This document shows positions 17,715 through 26,387 of a stretch of 33,344 nt of DNA, piece after piece (position 1 is the first letter of the stretch; every line of letters begins with the position of its first letter). The stretch is taken from IMG/VR virus record IMGVR_UViG_3300035544_000232, positions 1-33,344 of that record; one strand, written 5' to 3'. Both the position numbers and the translations under genes were made by a program. The DNA is from a virus (lineage: Duplodnaviria; Caudoviricetes). Below the pieces are notes generated by a model that had not been told where the DNA came from, ran no database searches, and saw only the letters and a list, made by a program, of their open reading frames with translations.

Positions 17715-18731
17715 ATGGCAACCTTACAAGAAGTACAGGAAGAAATAATGAATGCAAAGTCAACAGGAGAAATTATTGGTATTCAAAAGAAAAATCCTTA
17801 TCTTAAATCAGTTATTGATAGTAGAAGACATTTTCTTGGTTCAAAGTTAGAAATGAATAGAAAAATTGGAGACCTTTATATTAATATGGTTTATGATTTA
17901 CAAGAAAAAATAAAAAACCTTCAATATATTAATAATGGAAAAGACACTCTTTCTTCATTAGAATTGAAGGACCTGCAAAAACAAGTTGAATATACTTTAA
18001 GAAATGAATTTGACGAGAAATATTTAAAATTACTGGAAGAATATGTTGGAAAGTCAGCAAAACACGGGGCAGAACCCGTAGAATTATACCTTATTGAAGG
18101 TGGTTTTAATACAAGACCTGTTAATAAGTTAATTAATAGAAAGGCTGTAGAAGCCCTATATGCAAGGACTTGGAGCGATGGTCTTAATATATCAGATAGA
18201 ATATGGAAGCATAGAAAACACACCAAAGAAAACCTTGTTGATTTTATCAGATTAAGTCAGGTAGAGGGTAGAAGTGCAGTTGATATAGCAAGAGACCTTG
18301 ACAAATATGTTAAAGGGGGAAAACAATATATAACACCCGAGCTTGCTGCAAAAAAGAGATTTCCAAAAAATCTTGATTATAGAGCTTTGAGATTAGCAAG
18401 AACAGAATATACACAGAGTTTTATGGAAGGGGTTTATGCTTCAGGGCAGGTCAGTCCTTCATATCAGGGCATTAAATGGTTATTATCAGATGCACACCCT
18501 GAACCCGATGTATGTGATCCGATGGCTGGGAAAGTATATAAGCAAGGAGAAGAGCCTGCTATACCTCACCCACAATGTATGTGTCATCAAGTACCCGTTC
18601 ATAATGAAACTCTTAACCAGTTTACTAATAGAGTGAAAGAGTGGAGAAATAATTCTTCCAGTCAGCCAGAATTGGAAGATTGGTACCAGAATGTATATCA
18701 GAGAATAAAGAATGGAGAGTATGAATTATAA
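17715..18731 (+). CDS. Minor head (MuF/SPP1 gp7-like) protein
   Basis: ISDRIW, RALRLARTE, DVCD..PHPQCMC. Confidence 0.85.
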   Translation: MATLQEVQEEIMNAKSTGEIIGIQKKNPYLKSVIDSRRHFLGSKLEMNRKIGDLYINMVYDLQEKIKNLQYINNGKDTLSSLELKDLQKQVEYTLRNEFDEKYLKLLEEYVGKSAKHGAEPVELYLIEGGFNTRPVNKLINRKAVEALYARTWSDGLNISDRIWKHRKHTKENLVDFIRLSQVEGRSAVDIARDLDKYVKGGKQYITPELAAKKRFPKNLDYRALRLARTEYTQSFMEGVYASGQVSPSYQGIKWLLSDAHPEPDVCDPMAGKVYKQGEEPAIPHPQCMCHQVPVHNETLNQFTNRVKEWRNNSSSQPELEDWYQNVYQRIKNGEYEL

Positions 18732-19134
18732 AACTATCCTGTCTATATGTCCACTCTATCCTGTGAAGATGACCACTCCTAATCATCTATCCTGTCTATA
18801 TGTCCATTACTTCTACCATATCCTGCATGTATGTCCACTCTGAAATCGTGGTTATAAGCGAAGTATCGGGCAGGAGGGGGGGCTGACTATAGTATTTAGA
18901 TCTTATATAGACTAAATAAATATAGAAAGTAGAGTATGGCAAGTAGTTAATTATTAAAATAAAGTTTTAAAAACCTACTTTCAGATAATAAACAAAAATT
19001 GAAAACCTAAACCTTTTAGAAGAATATAAATTATTATTAATAATATTAGAAAACCCTCCGTTAACAAAAAACCTGTGAATTAGATTCCTGGAGATTAATG
19101 ATTATGGGAAGGGGGTTAGTAAAAATAATAATAA
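18730..19134. repeat. Origin-like element, copy 2
   Basis: Iterons at 18734, 18756, 18787, 18818; collinear with 5147-5550. Confidence 0.8.
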
Positions 19135-19155
19135 AACTGGCTTTTTGGTGAAAAG

Positions 19156-19198
19156 TGAACAAATAGCGAACAAATTATATATGTATATACGGTATAAT
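19156..19198 (+). promoter_or_regulatory. Activator-dependent (late) promoter 2
   Basis: Same 23-bp motif and 37-bp offset to TATAAT as at 9831. Confidence 0.7.
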
Positions 19199-19204
19199 AG
19201 TTAT

Positions 19205-19271
19205 AGTGATAATTATATATCACACACACCTTTCTTTTTTGTTCCCCCTGTTTAATCAGCAGGGGGTTTTT
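19205..19271 (+). ncRNA. Candidate ~65-nt small RNA / attenuated leader (sRNA2)
   Basis: Hairpin GTGATA/TATCAC, linker ACACACCTTTCTTTTTTGTT, terminator CCCCCTG/CAGGGGG plus T5. Confidence 0.5.
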
Positions 19272-19303
19272 AATTTTAAAAAGAAATAAGGAGGTATTTT
19301 TTT

Positions 19304-19450
19304 ATGTTTAAATCAATTAAAAATTATATTGAAAGAAAATTCAGAAAGAAAAACAAGGTTAATTATAAACTTATAGATGAGAATGAAAATAGAAGAATTT
19401 TCTCTATTAATGGGAAAATTACTACTCGTTATAAAAACCTCGAAGAATAA
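19304..19450 (+). CDS. 48-aa basic peptide (not in ORF track)
   Basis: TAAGGAGGT SD; MFKSIKNYIERKFRKKNKVNYKLIDENENRRIFSINGKITTRYKNLEE. Confidence 0.6.
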   Translation: MFKSIKNYIERKFRKKNKVNYKLIDENENRRIFSINGKITTRYKNLEE

Positions 19451-19466
19451 GGGGGTGAAAAGAAAA

Positions 19467-20543
19467 ATGGATAAAATTAAATTAGTTTCAAAAATGGTTG
19501 GGGAAAATAGTGATATTAAATTAGAAGATATACCAGTAAGTGAAACCGTCAATCTTGAAGAATTAAAAGAAGGAGATGACGATCCTTTACAAGTTATAGT
19601 TTATATAGGAAAAGAAGATTATCAAGAAGAATTTGAATTTTCAGATGAAGCTATGAAATCAATGGTCGAACAAATAAATAAAGATACAGTTAATGGATAT
19701 CTTGGTCATAGAAAACCTGAAAATCTTTCAAGTGAATACCCTGATATTGTAACTTATTGGATTGGGGCAAAATATAGTAAAGAAGAAGAAAAAGTATATG
19801 TTAGAGGATATATAGCTCCTTCAATAACACCAGAAATAAAAAAATTAAAGTATGATATTAGAAATAGAAGAACAGTAAATGTTTCTATATTTGGAAAAAT
19901 AGTTGGAGAAGAAAGAGTAAGTCAAATTCCATTAGCAAAAGAAATTCATTTACTTTCTATTGATTGGACACCACTTAATCATCAGGGTATGGATACTGGA
20001 TTAGTATTGACCAGAATGAGAAATGAGAAGGAGGGAGAAAAAGTTATGAAAATTAAGAAAGAAGAACTGAAAAAAATGATTGATAGTTTTGAAGAAGAAG
20101 AAATTGAGTTAGAAAGAGTTAATCAAAAACTTAATACAAAAGCTGAAGAACCAGCTAATCAATTACTTGCAAAATTAAGAGACCTATTAGGTGTTGAAGA
20201 AGAAGCTGGAAAAGATAGAGTATTTGAAGAAGTCAATGAAGTGTTATCTCTTGCAAGCCGTATGAGAGAAGTTGAAGCAGAAAAAAAACTAAACGAAAAG
20301 AAAGAAAAAGTAGAAAAAATGATTGCAGAAAAAGCTGAAAATGAAGAGCTTAAAAGATTAACTCTGAAAATGGTTAGTTTTGATGTAGAAAAAGAAAGTT
20401 TTGAAGAGATTGAAGCTAAAGTTAATAGTTTTGTTAGCGATGAAGAAATTAATGAAATTTTAACAGCTAAAATGATTGAAAAACCAGTCAAAAAGCAAAA
20501 GAAAACAGAAAAAGAATACAAATATTTAAAACCAAAAGAATAG
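19467..20543 (+). CDS. Prohead protease / scaffold fusion
   Basis: GYLGH..VSIFG..SIDWTP..G protease-like N-domain, charged coiled-coil C-domain; GGGGGTG SD. Confidence 0.75.
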   Translation: MDKIKLVSKMVGENSDIKLEDIPVSETVNLEELKEGDDDPLQVIVYIGKEDYQEEFEFSDEAMKSMVEQINKDTVNGYLGHRKPENLSSEYPDIVTYWIGAKYSKEEEKVYVRGYIAPSITPEIKKLKYDIRNRRTVNVSIFGKIVGEERVSQIPLAKEIHLLSIDWTPLNHQGMDTGLVLTRMRNEKEGEKVMKIKKEELKKMIDSFEEEEIELERVNQKLNTKAEEPANQLLAKLRDLLGVEEEAGKDRVFEEVNEVLSLASRMREVEAEKKLNEKKEKVEKMIAEKAENEELKRLTLKMVSFDVEKESFEEIEAKVNSFVSDEEINEILTAKMIEKPVKKQKKTEKEYKYLKPKE

Positions 20544-20555
20544 GAGGTGAGATAA

Positions 20556-21842
20556 ATGAAACAATTTCGAAAAGTCAGTGATGGAAAATCAATCACAATT
20601 ACATCTCCTAATAGCTATAAAAAAGGCGACTTTGTTTATATTAATGGATTATATGGAATAGCAGAAAACACAGTTGAAGTTGGAGAAAAATTAGTATTGT
20701 TAATTGAAAGAAATATAATTGTAAATTTAAATGTAGCAACACATTTTTATTATCCTGCTGAAGTTGGAGCTTTGGTTTTTTATAATACTGATACAAATAC
20801 ATTAACTACTCAAAGAGAAAATAGTTATCTTATAATTGGAAGAATAGTTGAAGCTGATAAAAATAATGTAGATTTATTTCTTTTTTCAGATAATGTAGAT
20901 CCGAACAAATTAAATTTAGTTAAAGAAAATATTACTTTTAGTTATATTGGTTCTGGAAATAAAATTATAAAAATTGATGATACTGGCAATATTTATACAA
21001 CCTTCGAAATGGAAATGGAAGTTGGAAAATTATTAGTATTTGAAGATTATTTTTTAGTTTCAGGTTATAGCGAGCTATACAAAGTTGATCTTCAAGGAAA
21101 TGTTATCTGGGAATATATAGGTCATACAAGTGGTATTAACGATATTAATTATATTAATACTGAGAATTATTTGCATTATCTTACTGTAAGTGCTGATGAT
21201 ACATTGAGAATAATTGATGAAGATGGAATGGAAATAAGACAATATACAGAAGATGAAGGACAAAGGTTTTGGAGTGTTGAAAAATATAAAATTAGTGATT
21301 TTCAAATCTATGTTTGGGCTGGTAGTCGTGGTAAAATAACCTCTTTTATCACGGATGGCGTTGTTATGTTTGAAACCAATACAAGTATTATATCATCAGT
21401 ATATCCTTATGATATTGCAATAGACCAAAACAGCAATAAATTATATATAGCTGCTGGAACTAATTTATTATGTTATAACTTCAATGGAGATACTGGAGCA
21501 TTGACTACTTCAGATTGGGAATATACAGGACATACAAAAAATATAAATGCTGTTGAAGTTGATAATAGTGGAAATATATATACATCAAGTAATGATGGGA
21601 CTACAAAAAAAATAGATAGCAATGGAAATATGGTTTGGAGTTATTCTCTTGATGGAAGTTATGCTGAAAATGTTAAGGTTGATAATCTGGATAATGTATA
21701 TATCGGAACAAGTTATAGTGGAAATCAAGATATGAAATTAATTAAAATAGATCAGAATCAAAATCTTATTTTTGAATACCAATCAGAAAACTATGTAGAA
21801 TCTATAGATTTATTTGATGGTATGAAAAGGAGGTTAGAATAA
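20556..21842 (+). CDS. Capsid cement (DUF2190-like) domain fused to beta-propeller
   Basis: N-term DGKSITI..KKGDFV..GLYGIA; repeats WEYxGHT..INxxxVD..SxDxTxxxID. Confidence 0.7.
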   Translation: MKQFRKVSDGKSITITSPNSYKKGDFVYINGLYGIAENTVEVGEKLVLLIERNIIVNLNVATHFYYPAEVGALVFYNTDTNTLTTQRENSYLIIGRIVEADKNNVDLFLFSDNVDPNKLNLVKENITFSYIGSGNKIIKIDDTGNIYTTFEMEMEVGKLLVFEDYFLVSGYSELYKVDLQGNVIWEYIGHTSGINDINYINTENYLHYLTVSADDTLRIIDEDGMEIRQYTEDEGQRFWSVEKYKISDFQIYVWAGSRGKITSFITDGVVMFETNTSIISSVYPYDIAIDQNSNKLYIAAGTNLLCYNFNGDTGALTTSDWEYTGHTKNINAVEVDNSGNIYTSSNDGTTKKIDSNGNMVWSYSLDGSYAENVKVDNLDNVYIGTSYSGNQDMKLIKIDQNQNLIFEYQSENYVESIDLFDGMKRRLE

Positions 21843-22036
21843 TGATTGGTTTAGTGTTTGATGATCAAAATAGAACTCAATTAATTCATTATTTACCTGA
21901 AGATGTAGATAATGAATTTGATTTATTAGTAGAAAATTTACCCGAAAAAGACCCGACAAAATCTGACATGAGAGCAGATTTACATCGTGATGAAAGTAAT
22001 AATCTTTTTTGGGAATATAGTGTTGTTAAAGAATAA
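21842..22036 (+). CDS. Small fibre-associated protein
   Basis: TAATG-coupled; VENLPE..L..NLFWEY pattern like small genes after Firmicute phage fibres. Confidence 0.45.
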   Translation: MIGLVFDDQNRTQLIHYLPEDVDNEFDLLVENLPEKDPTKSDMRADLHRDESNNLFWEYSVVKE

Positions 22037-22074
22037 TAAAAAGGGTAGAAGAAACCCAAAAGGAGGAAAATTAA

Positions 22075-22449
22075 ATGAGATATGAAGGAAAAGCAATTCA
22101 GTTTGTTGCACCAAAAGATCTTAATGGTGGCGAATACTTTTATAATGAAAGTCTTGGTTGGGGTGGTGTTGTTGCTGCAGATACTAAAGCAGGAGAAAAA
22201 GTTGCACTTAATATAGCCCCTGATATATATGAATTTACTGGCTTTGTTGTTAAGGCAGATACTACTTTGGCGGTTGGAGATTTTGTTTATTACGACAAAG
22301 TTAATGACCAATTAATTAATGAAGATACAGGTTATATTGCTGCGAAAGTTACTGAACTATATTCTGCCGCTGACAATAGTGGTGGATCAGAAAACATTAC
22401 AGTTAATGGTCAAGCAGTTTTATTGGCATTCTTAACTGCTGGTATTTAA
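22075..22449 (+). CDS. Capsid cement/decoration protein (DUF2190-like)
   Basis: EGKAIQFVAP..GVVAADTKAGEKVAL..AVGDFVYYD; precedes capsid gene. Confidence 0.75.
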   Translation: MRYEGKAIQFVAPKDLNGGEYFYNESLGWGGVVAADTKAGEKVALNIAPDIYEFTGFVVKADTTLAVGDFVYYDKVNDQLINEDTGYIAAKVTELYSAADNSGGSENITVNGQAVLLAFLTAGI

Positions 22450-22507
22450 GAGAAATTCTAAATTAATAAAATAAAAATAAGGGGAAACCCGAAGGAGGAA
22501 AATTACA

Positions 22508-23494
22508 ATGGAAAAGAAACTTGAGTTTAAGTTGGGAAACAAAAAATATAAATATTCTGTTAGTAAAATTAGAAGTGTATTTGAAGAAAATGAATTTACC
22601 GCACCCATTTCAAAATTAATTACAAGCAGTGATAGTTCTGTTGAATTAATGCAGAAAGTTGCACTGGATGTAGAAGACGGAAAAGAAGAGGTGAAATTAC
22701 CTTTTGAAAACATTATATACAGTGTATTTAATGATTCTACATTGCCAAAAACAGTTGATGTACCAGTTAATGCTTATCACAATACAATCTTTCTTGAGCA
22801 TGCAGAGGGTGGAGAGGTTAATTTTGGTACATTATCCAAAGACCAGCCACAAAAAGTTGATCTAAAAGTATATGCATCTGCACTTCAACACACATTGGAA
22901 ATGGTGAAATTCAACCAACAGTATGCAATGACAGAAAAAAATAGAGCTTTTGGTTCTGCCTGGAGAAAGTTGAAAAACAAAATGCAGTTTGCACCAATTC
23001 TGGATATTCTTAATAATGGAACTGGAACTGGACCACAAGGGGAGACAACTGAAGCTCTATCTGTAAGAGTTAATAAAACATTCCAAAAAGGTATTACTGA
23101 TTATGAATCTAAAAAAGGTGTTATTAATAAGCCTGTATTAGTATATAATCCAGTAGATGAATTTAAAATTAAAGGTGGAATAAAAGCTATCCAAACTGCT
23201 GATGGAGACAGACTTCCAAATCTTGAAGGATATTTTGCTGATATGATTCCTTATAAGGGAGATGAATCAATTACTATTGGTGCAAAAACTTATGATTTTC
23301 CTGGAGTACCACCTGGAAAAGTTGCATTTGTAGAACCAAAAAGAAAAGCAAGATTTTATGTAAAGGAAAATCTAAATTTACAGCACGGAGGTGCCGACCT
23401 TTCAAGATTAATTGAGGATCAAATTGTTGGGTATGGTATTTTTGGGTTATATATTGCTGCTGAAGATATCGTACAGAAAGTAACCCTTCCTTAA
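22508..23494 (+). CDS. Major capsid protein
   Basis: Position, 328 aa, EGGEVNFG E-loop-like motif, strong SD. Confidence 0.8.
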   Translation: MEKKLEFKLGNKKYKYSVSKIRSVFEENEFTAPISKLITSSDSSVELMQKVALDVEDGKEEVKLPFENIIYSVFNDSTLPKTVDVPVNAYHNTIFLEHAEGGEVNFGTLSKDQPQKVDLKVYASALQHTLEMVKFNQQYAMTEKNRAFGSAWRKLKNKMQFAPILDILNNGTGTGPQGETTEALSVRVNKTFQKGITDYESKKGVINKPVLVYNPVDEFKIKGGIKAIQTADGDRLPNLEGYFADMIPYKGDESITIGAKTYDFPGVPPGKVAFVEPKRKARFYVKENLNLQHGGADLSRLIEDQIVGYGIFGLYIAAEDIVQKVTLP

Positions 23495-23522
23495 TAGATA
23501 AGGGAAAGGAGGAGGGGAAATA

Positions 23523-23843
23523 ATGGAAACAGTTGAATATATCGAAATGGTAGTAAACGGAGGGGATAATAACCCCTCCTTCTCTATATCTACTGAACAA
23601 ATCAATGCCATGTTATATAAGAATAACGGAAATGAAGACCAAACCATATTAGATTGCTTAAGAATTAAATTAGTTAGAGTTTCTGAATTAAATTCTGTAA
23701 ATTATAAACTTGGTGATGAAAGCATTTCTGGAAATATGGATTCTTATATTGACTATTTAAAGGAAAGAGTTAAAGAATATGAATCGAAAGTAGAAATAAA
23801 TAGTAATAATTATAGTTTCTCTGAACCAGAGGATATTTTTTAA
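23523..23843 (+). CDS. Head-tail adaptor
   Basis: Synteny; YKLGDESIS motif. Confidence 0.6.
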   Translation: METVEYIEMVVNGGDNNPSFSISTEQINAMLYKNNGNEDQTILDCLRIKLVRVSELNSVNYKLGDESISGNMDSYIDYLKERVKEYESKVEINSNNYSFSEPEDIF

Positions 23844-23859
23844 AGGGGGTTATAAATAA

Positions 23860-24222
23860 ATGTATGAAATTATGAGAATTAAAACAATGCAGAATATTAA
23901 TTATAGCCCGACTGAAATAGAAATATATCGAAAAACTGAAACCAAAACAGATAGTGGAGGAATTGCAGAAAGTTATTCTTTTTTTGATAGTGGAATTGAT
24001 ATCAGATTATATAATCAAAAAACTGAATTAATTAATAATGAAACTGGAGAAAAGAAAGTTTATACCACAAAAGCACTCTGTAAATATGATATTAATATTA
24101 AAAAAGGAGACAAAATAAAAGAGGTTTTAAATTCTAATAGAGAATTTGAAGTGAAAATAGTTACTCCACACAAGTTTCAGGGCGAACTGGTTAAATACGA
24201 ATTGGTATTGGAGGAATTATAA
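23860..24222 (+). CDS. Head closure protein
   Basis: Synteny; DSGG..DINIKKGDKI..FEV. Confidence 0.6.
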   Translation: MYEIMRIKTMQNINYSPTEIEIYRKTETKTDSGGIAESYSFFDSGIDIRLYNQKTELINNETGEKKVYTTKALCKYDINIKKGDKIKEVLNSNREFEVKIVTPHKFQGELVKYELVLEEL

Positions 24223-24596
24223 TGAGAGGATTAAAAAATGTTCTTCAAAATATGGAAGAAGAAGAAAAAAGAATGAAGGCTGCAGGAATGATGATAGCCA
24301 AATATATAGCTGAAGAAATGGAAAGATATGCGAAAGAAAATGCAATATGGACTGATAGAACCTCTAATGCAAGGCAGGGGTTAAAAGGTACAACCAGATT
24401 TGATGAAAATGCAATATATGCAGTTATAGCACATTCTGTTGAATATGGTAAGTGGTTAGAAATAGCACACGAAAAGAAATATGCAATATTAAAACAAACA
24501 GTTAATAAACACTATGATGATTTTGTTAGAGCTATTGAAAAGGTAGCTGATGGAGAATTTGTTGGGAAAAGCTTGAATACTAATTTTTTTAGTTAG
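24222..24596 (+). CDS. HK97 gp10-like neck protein
   Basis: AKENAIWTDRTSNARQGL..HSVEYGKWLE. Confidence 0.8.
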   Translation: MRGLKNVLQNMEEEEKRMKAAGMMIAKYIAEEMERYAKENAIWTDRTSNARQGLKGTTRFDENAIYAVIAHSVEYGKWLEIAHEKKYAILKQTVNKHYDDFVRAIEKVADGEFVGKSLNTNFFS

Positions 24597-24613
24597 AAAG
24601 GAGGGGTTTATAA

Positions 24614-24973
24614 ATGATAAGAAAAGATTTATATCAATATTTAAAAGAAGTTTTAAGTTATGAAGTTAAACAGGGTTATATTGGAGAAACTCCAGACAGT
24701 GATATTTTTATTTCGCTTATTAATCAAGCACCTTTAGGAGTTAATCAATTTAATAAGAAAAATAATTATGATATTTTAATTTACTCAAAGCAAAAAAATT
24801 ATTCTATTATTGATAATGAAATTAAAAATATTCTTAATAATATTAAACCCTCTTTTTCTATTAATGGAAATAGTTATAGACCAAAATTAATAAGTGAAAC
24901 AGGAGATTTGTTTGATTATGATAGAGACTTAATTTATCGGGGAATATCTTTAGTATTCCCTGTAGTTTTATAA
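24614..24973 (+). CDS. Tail terminator/completion protein
   Basis: Synteny and size. Confidence 0.55.
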   Translation: MIRKDLYQYLKEVLSYEVKQGYIGETPDSDIFISLINQAPLGVNQFNKKNNYDILIYSKQKNYSIIDNEIKNILNNIKPSFSINGNSYRPKLISETGDLFDYDRDLIYRGISLVFPVVL

Positions 24974-25003
24974 GAAAGATTTTTTAAAGGAGGATGATAA
25001 AAA

Positions 25004-25609
25004 ATGGCAAATCAATTAGTTCAAAGCAATTTAAATGGTATAATAAGAACTGATTTAAAAATTCTTAACAACGATGGTAGTGATCTTACTGAGCCAGATA
25101 TTTATACTTTAGATACAGTTAAGAGTGCTGATTTTGAAGCTGAAATTCAAGAAGGTGAAAGGATAGAACAAACCGTAAATGGAATAATGAGAGCTGCAAT
25201 AAATAGGCCAGATATTTTAAGAGCAATTAATATGAGTTTTGTTAATGCAAAATTTAGTCCAAAATTGTTTGAAATTATTGCAGGTCAAGGTACTCTTATT
25301 TATGACGATGTTGAAGTAGATAAAGTTATTGGTTATCAAGCACCAACTATTGCTCAACAAATCAATAACCCTGTAACACCGTTTGAGTTAAATATGTATG
25401 TTGCAAGATATGCTGATGGAGAAAATGTAAAAGAGCAAGTAATTGGTTATTATCAAGTAACCATTACTTATGGACAGGGTAAATTTCCTGGTATATCAAT
25501 CGGAGAAGGAGAGTTTGTTAATTCAGAATTTGAGGTAAGAGGTTTAGAAAACAAGTCAAAAGATATTGGACCTATTAAAGTTGTTAAAGTTGATGTTTTA
25601 CCTGCTTAA
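25004..25609 (+). CDS. Major tail tube protein
   Basis: Synteny, 201 aa, strong SD, followed by terminator; no sheath gene seen. Confidence 0.7.
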   Translation: MANQLVQSNLNGIIRTDLKILNNDGSDLTEPDIYTLDTVKSADFEAEIQEGERIEQTVNGIMRAAINRPDILRAINMSFVNAKFSPKLFEIIAGQGTLIYDDVEVDKVIGYQAPTIAQQINNPVTPFELNMYVARYADGENVKEQVIGYYQVTITYGQGKFPGISIGEGEFVNSEFEVRGLENKSKDIGPIKVVKVDVLPA

Positions 25610-25632
25610 TGTATAAAAAAATATTTATTTAT

Positions 25633-25668
25633 AGGACAAACCAAAATATTTTGGCTTGTCCTTTTTTT
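25633..25668 (+). terminator. Intrinsic terminator
   Basis: AGGACAAACCAAAA/TTTTGGCTTGTCCT plus T-run. Confidence 0.8.
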
Positions 25669-25702
25669 ATTGAAAATTTTAAAAAAATGAAAGGAATGAT
25701 TT

Positions 25703-26116
25703 GTGATGGCAATTAGTAGTATTGAGGAAATTAAAAAAAGAAAAAAAGAGAGACAAGAAGAGTTAATATTAAAATCTGGGTTAACAGTATTGGTAGGAAA
25801 ACCTGATACTTCAAAATTATTAGATGGAGATGTTCTTGATAATAAATTATTAAATAAACTGTTTAAAAAAGAAGAAAAAGAAATTAATGAGGATAAATTA
25901 GGAAAAGAATTATTAAGTAATATAGATAATATTAAGAGTTTTCATCAATTAATGCTTGCATATGCAAAAATAACACTTGTTCAACCAAAGTGGGAAGAAG
26001 TGGAAGAATATCTTTCTGATATAGATAAGGCAGAAATAGGAACCTGGGGTTTTCAAAAAACCAATGAAGAACAAGTTGGGGTAGAGCGATTTCAAAAACC
26101 CAACAATGATAAGTAG
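25703..26116 (+). CDS. Tail assembly chaperone (G)
   Basis: Between tail tube and tape measure. Confidence 0.7.
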   Translation: MMAISSIEEIKKRKKERQEELILKSGLTVLVGKPDTSKLLDGDVLDNKLLNKLFKKEEKEINEDKLGKELLSNIDNIKSFHQLMLAYAKITLVQPKWEEVEEYLSDIDKAEIGTWGFQKTNEEQVGVERFQKPNNDK

Positions 26117-26366
26117 AGTTAATCTTATTGCGGAAACTTATGGAGAAAGACCTTCGGATATTATATTTGGAGATAATCCAGAATATAGTAATACTCAAAG
26201 ATTTCTTCTTGATGAAGCTTACGCTTATCAATTAATTACAGAAAAAGAAAAAGCATATAAAAAAGCACGGGAAGAGGCAGAAAACAACAATAATAATCAA
26301 AATAATTCAAAAAATAAAAAAGAAGGGATTGATCTATTAAAAGGTTTAGCTTCGGGCAATTTTTAG
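26085..26366 (+). CDS. Tail assembly chaperone extension (T), probably frameshift product
   Basis: +1 frame open from 26085; no close SD for ATG 26106. Confidence 0.6.
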   Translation, partial: SDFKNPTMISRVNLIAETYGERPSDIIFGDNPEYSNTQRFLLDEAYAYQLITEKEKAYKKAREEAENNNNNQNNSKNKKEGIDLLKGLASGNF

Positions 26367-26387
26367 TAAGAAAGGAGGCACAAATAA

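Noticed and set aside
5147-19134. DGR template/variable repeat pair (also considered for the TerL duplicate)
   Set aside because: No reverse transcriptase in window; differences include indels and are not adenine-specific; the 400-bp copies are non-coding
19377-19466. Track start for the protease gene
   Set aside because: Overlaps the SD-led 19304-19450 ORF; ATG 19467 has the better SD
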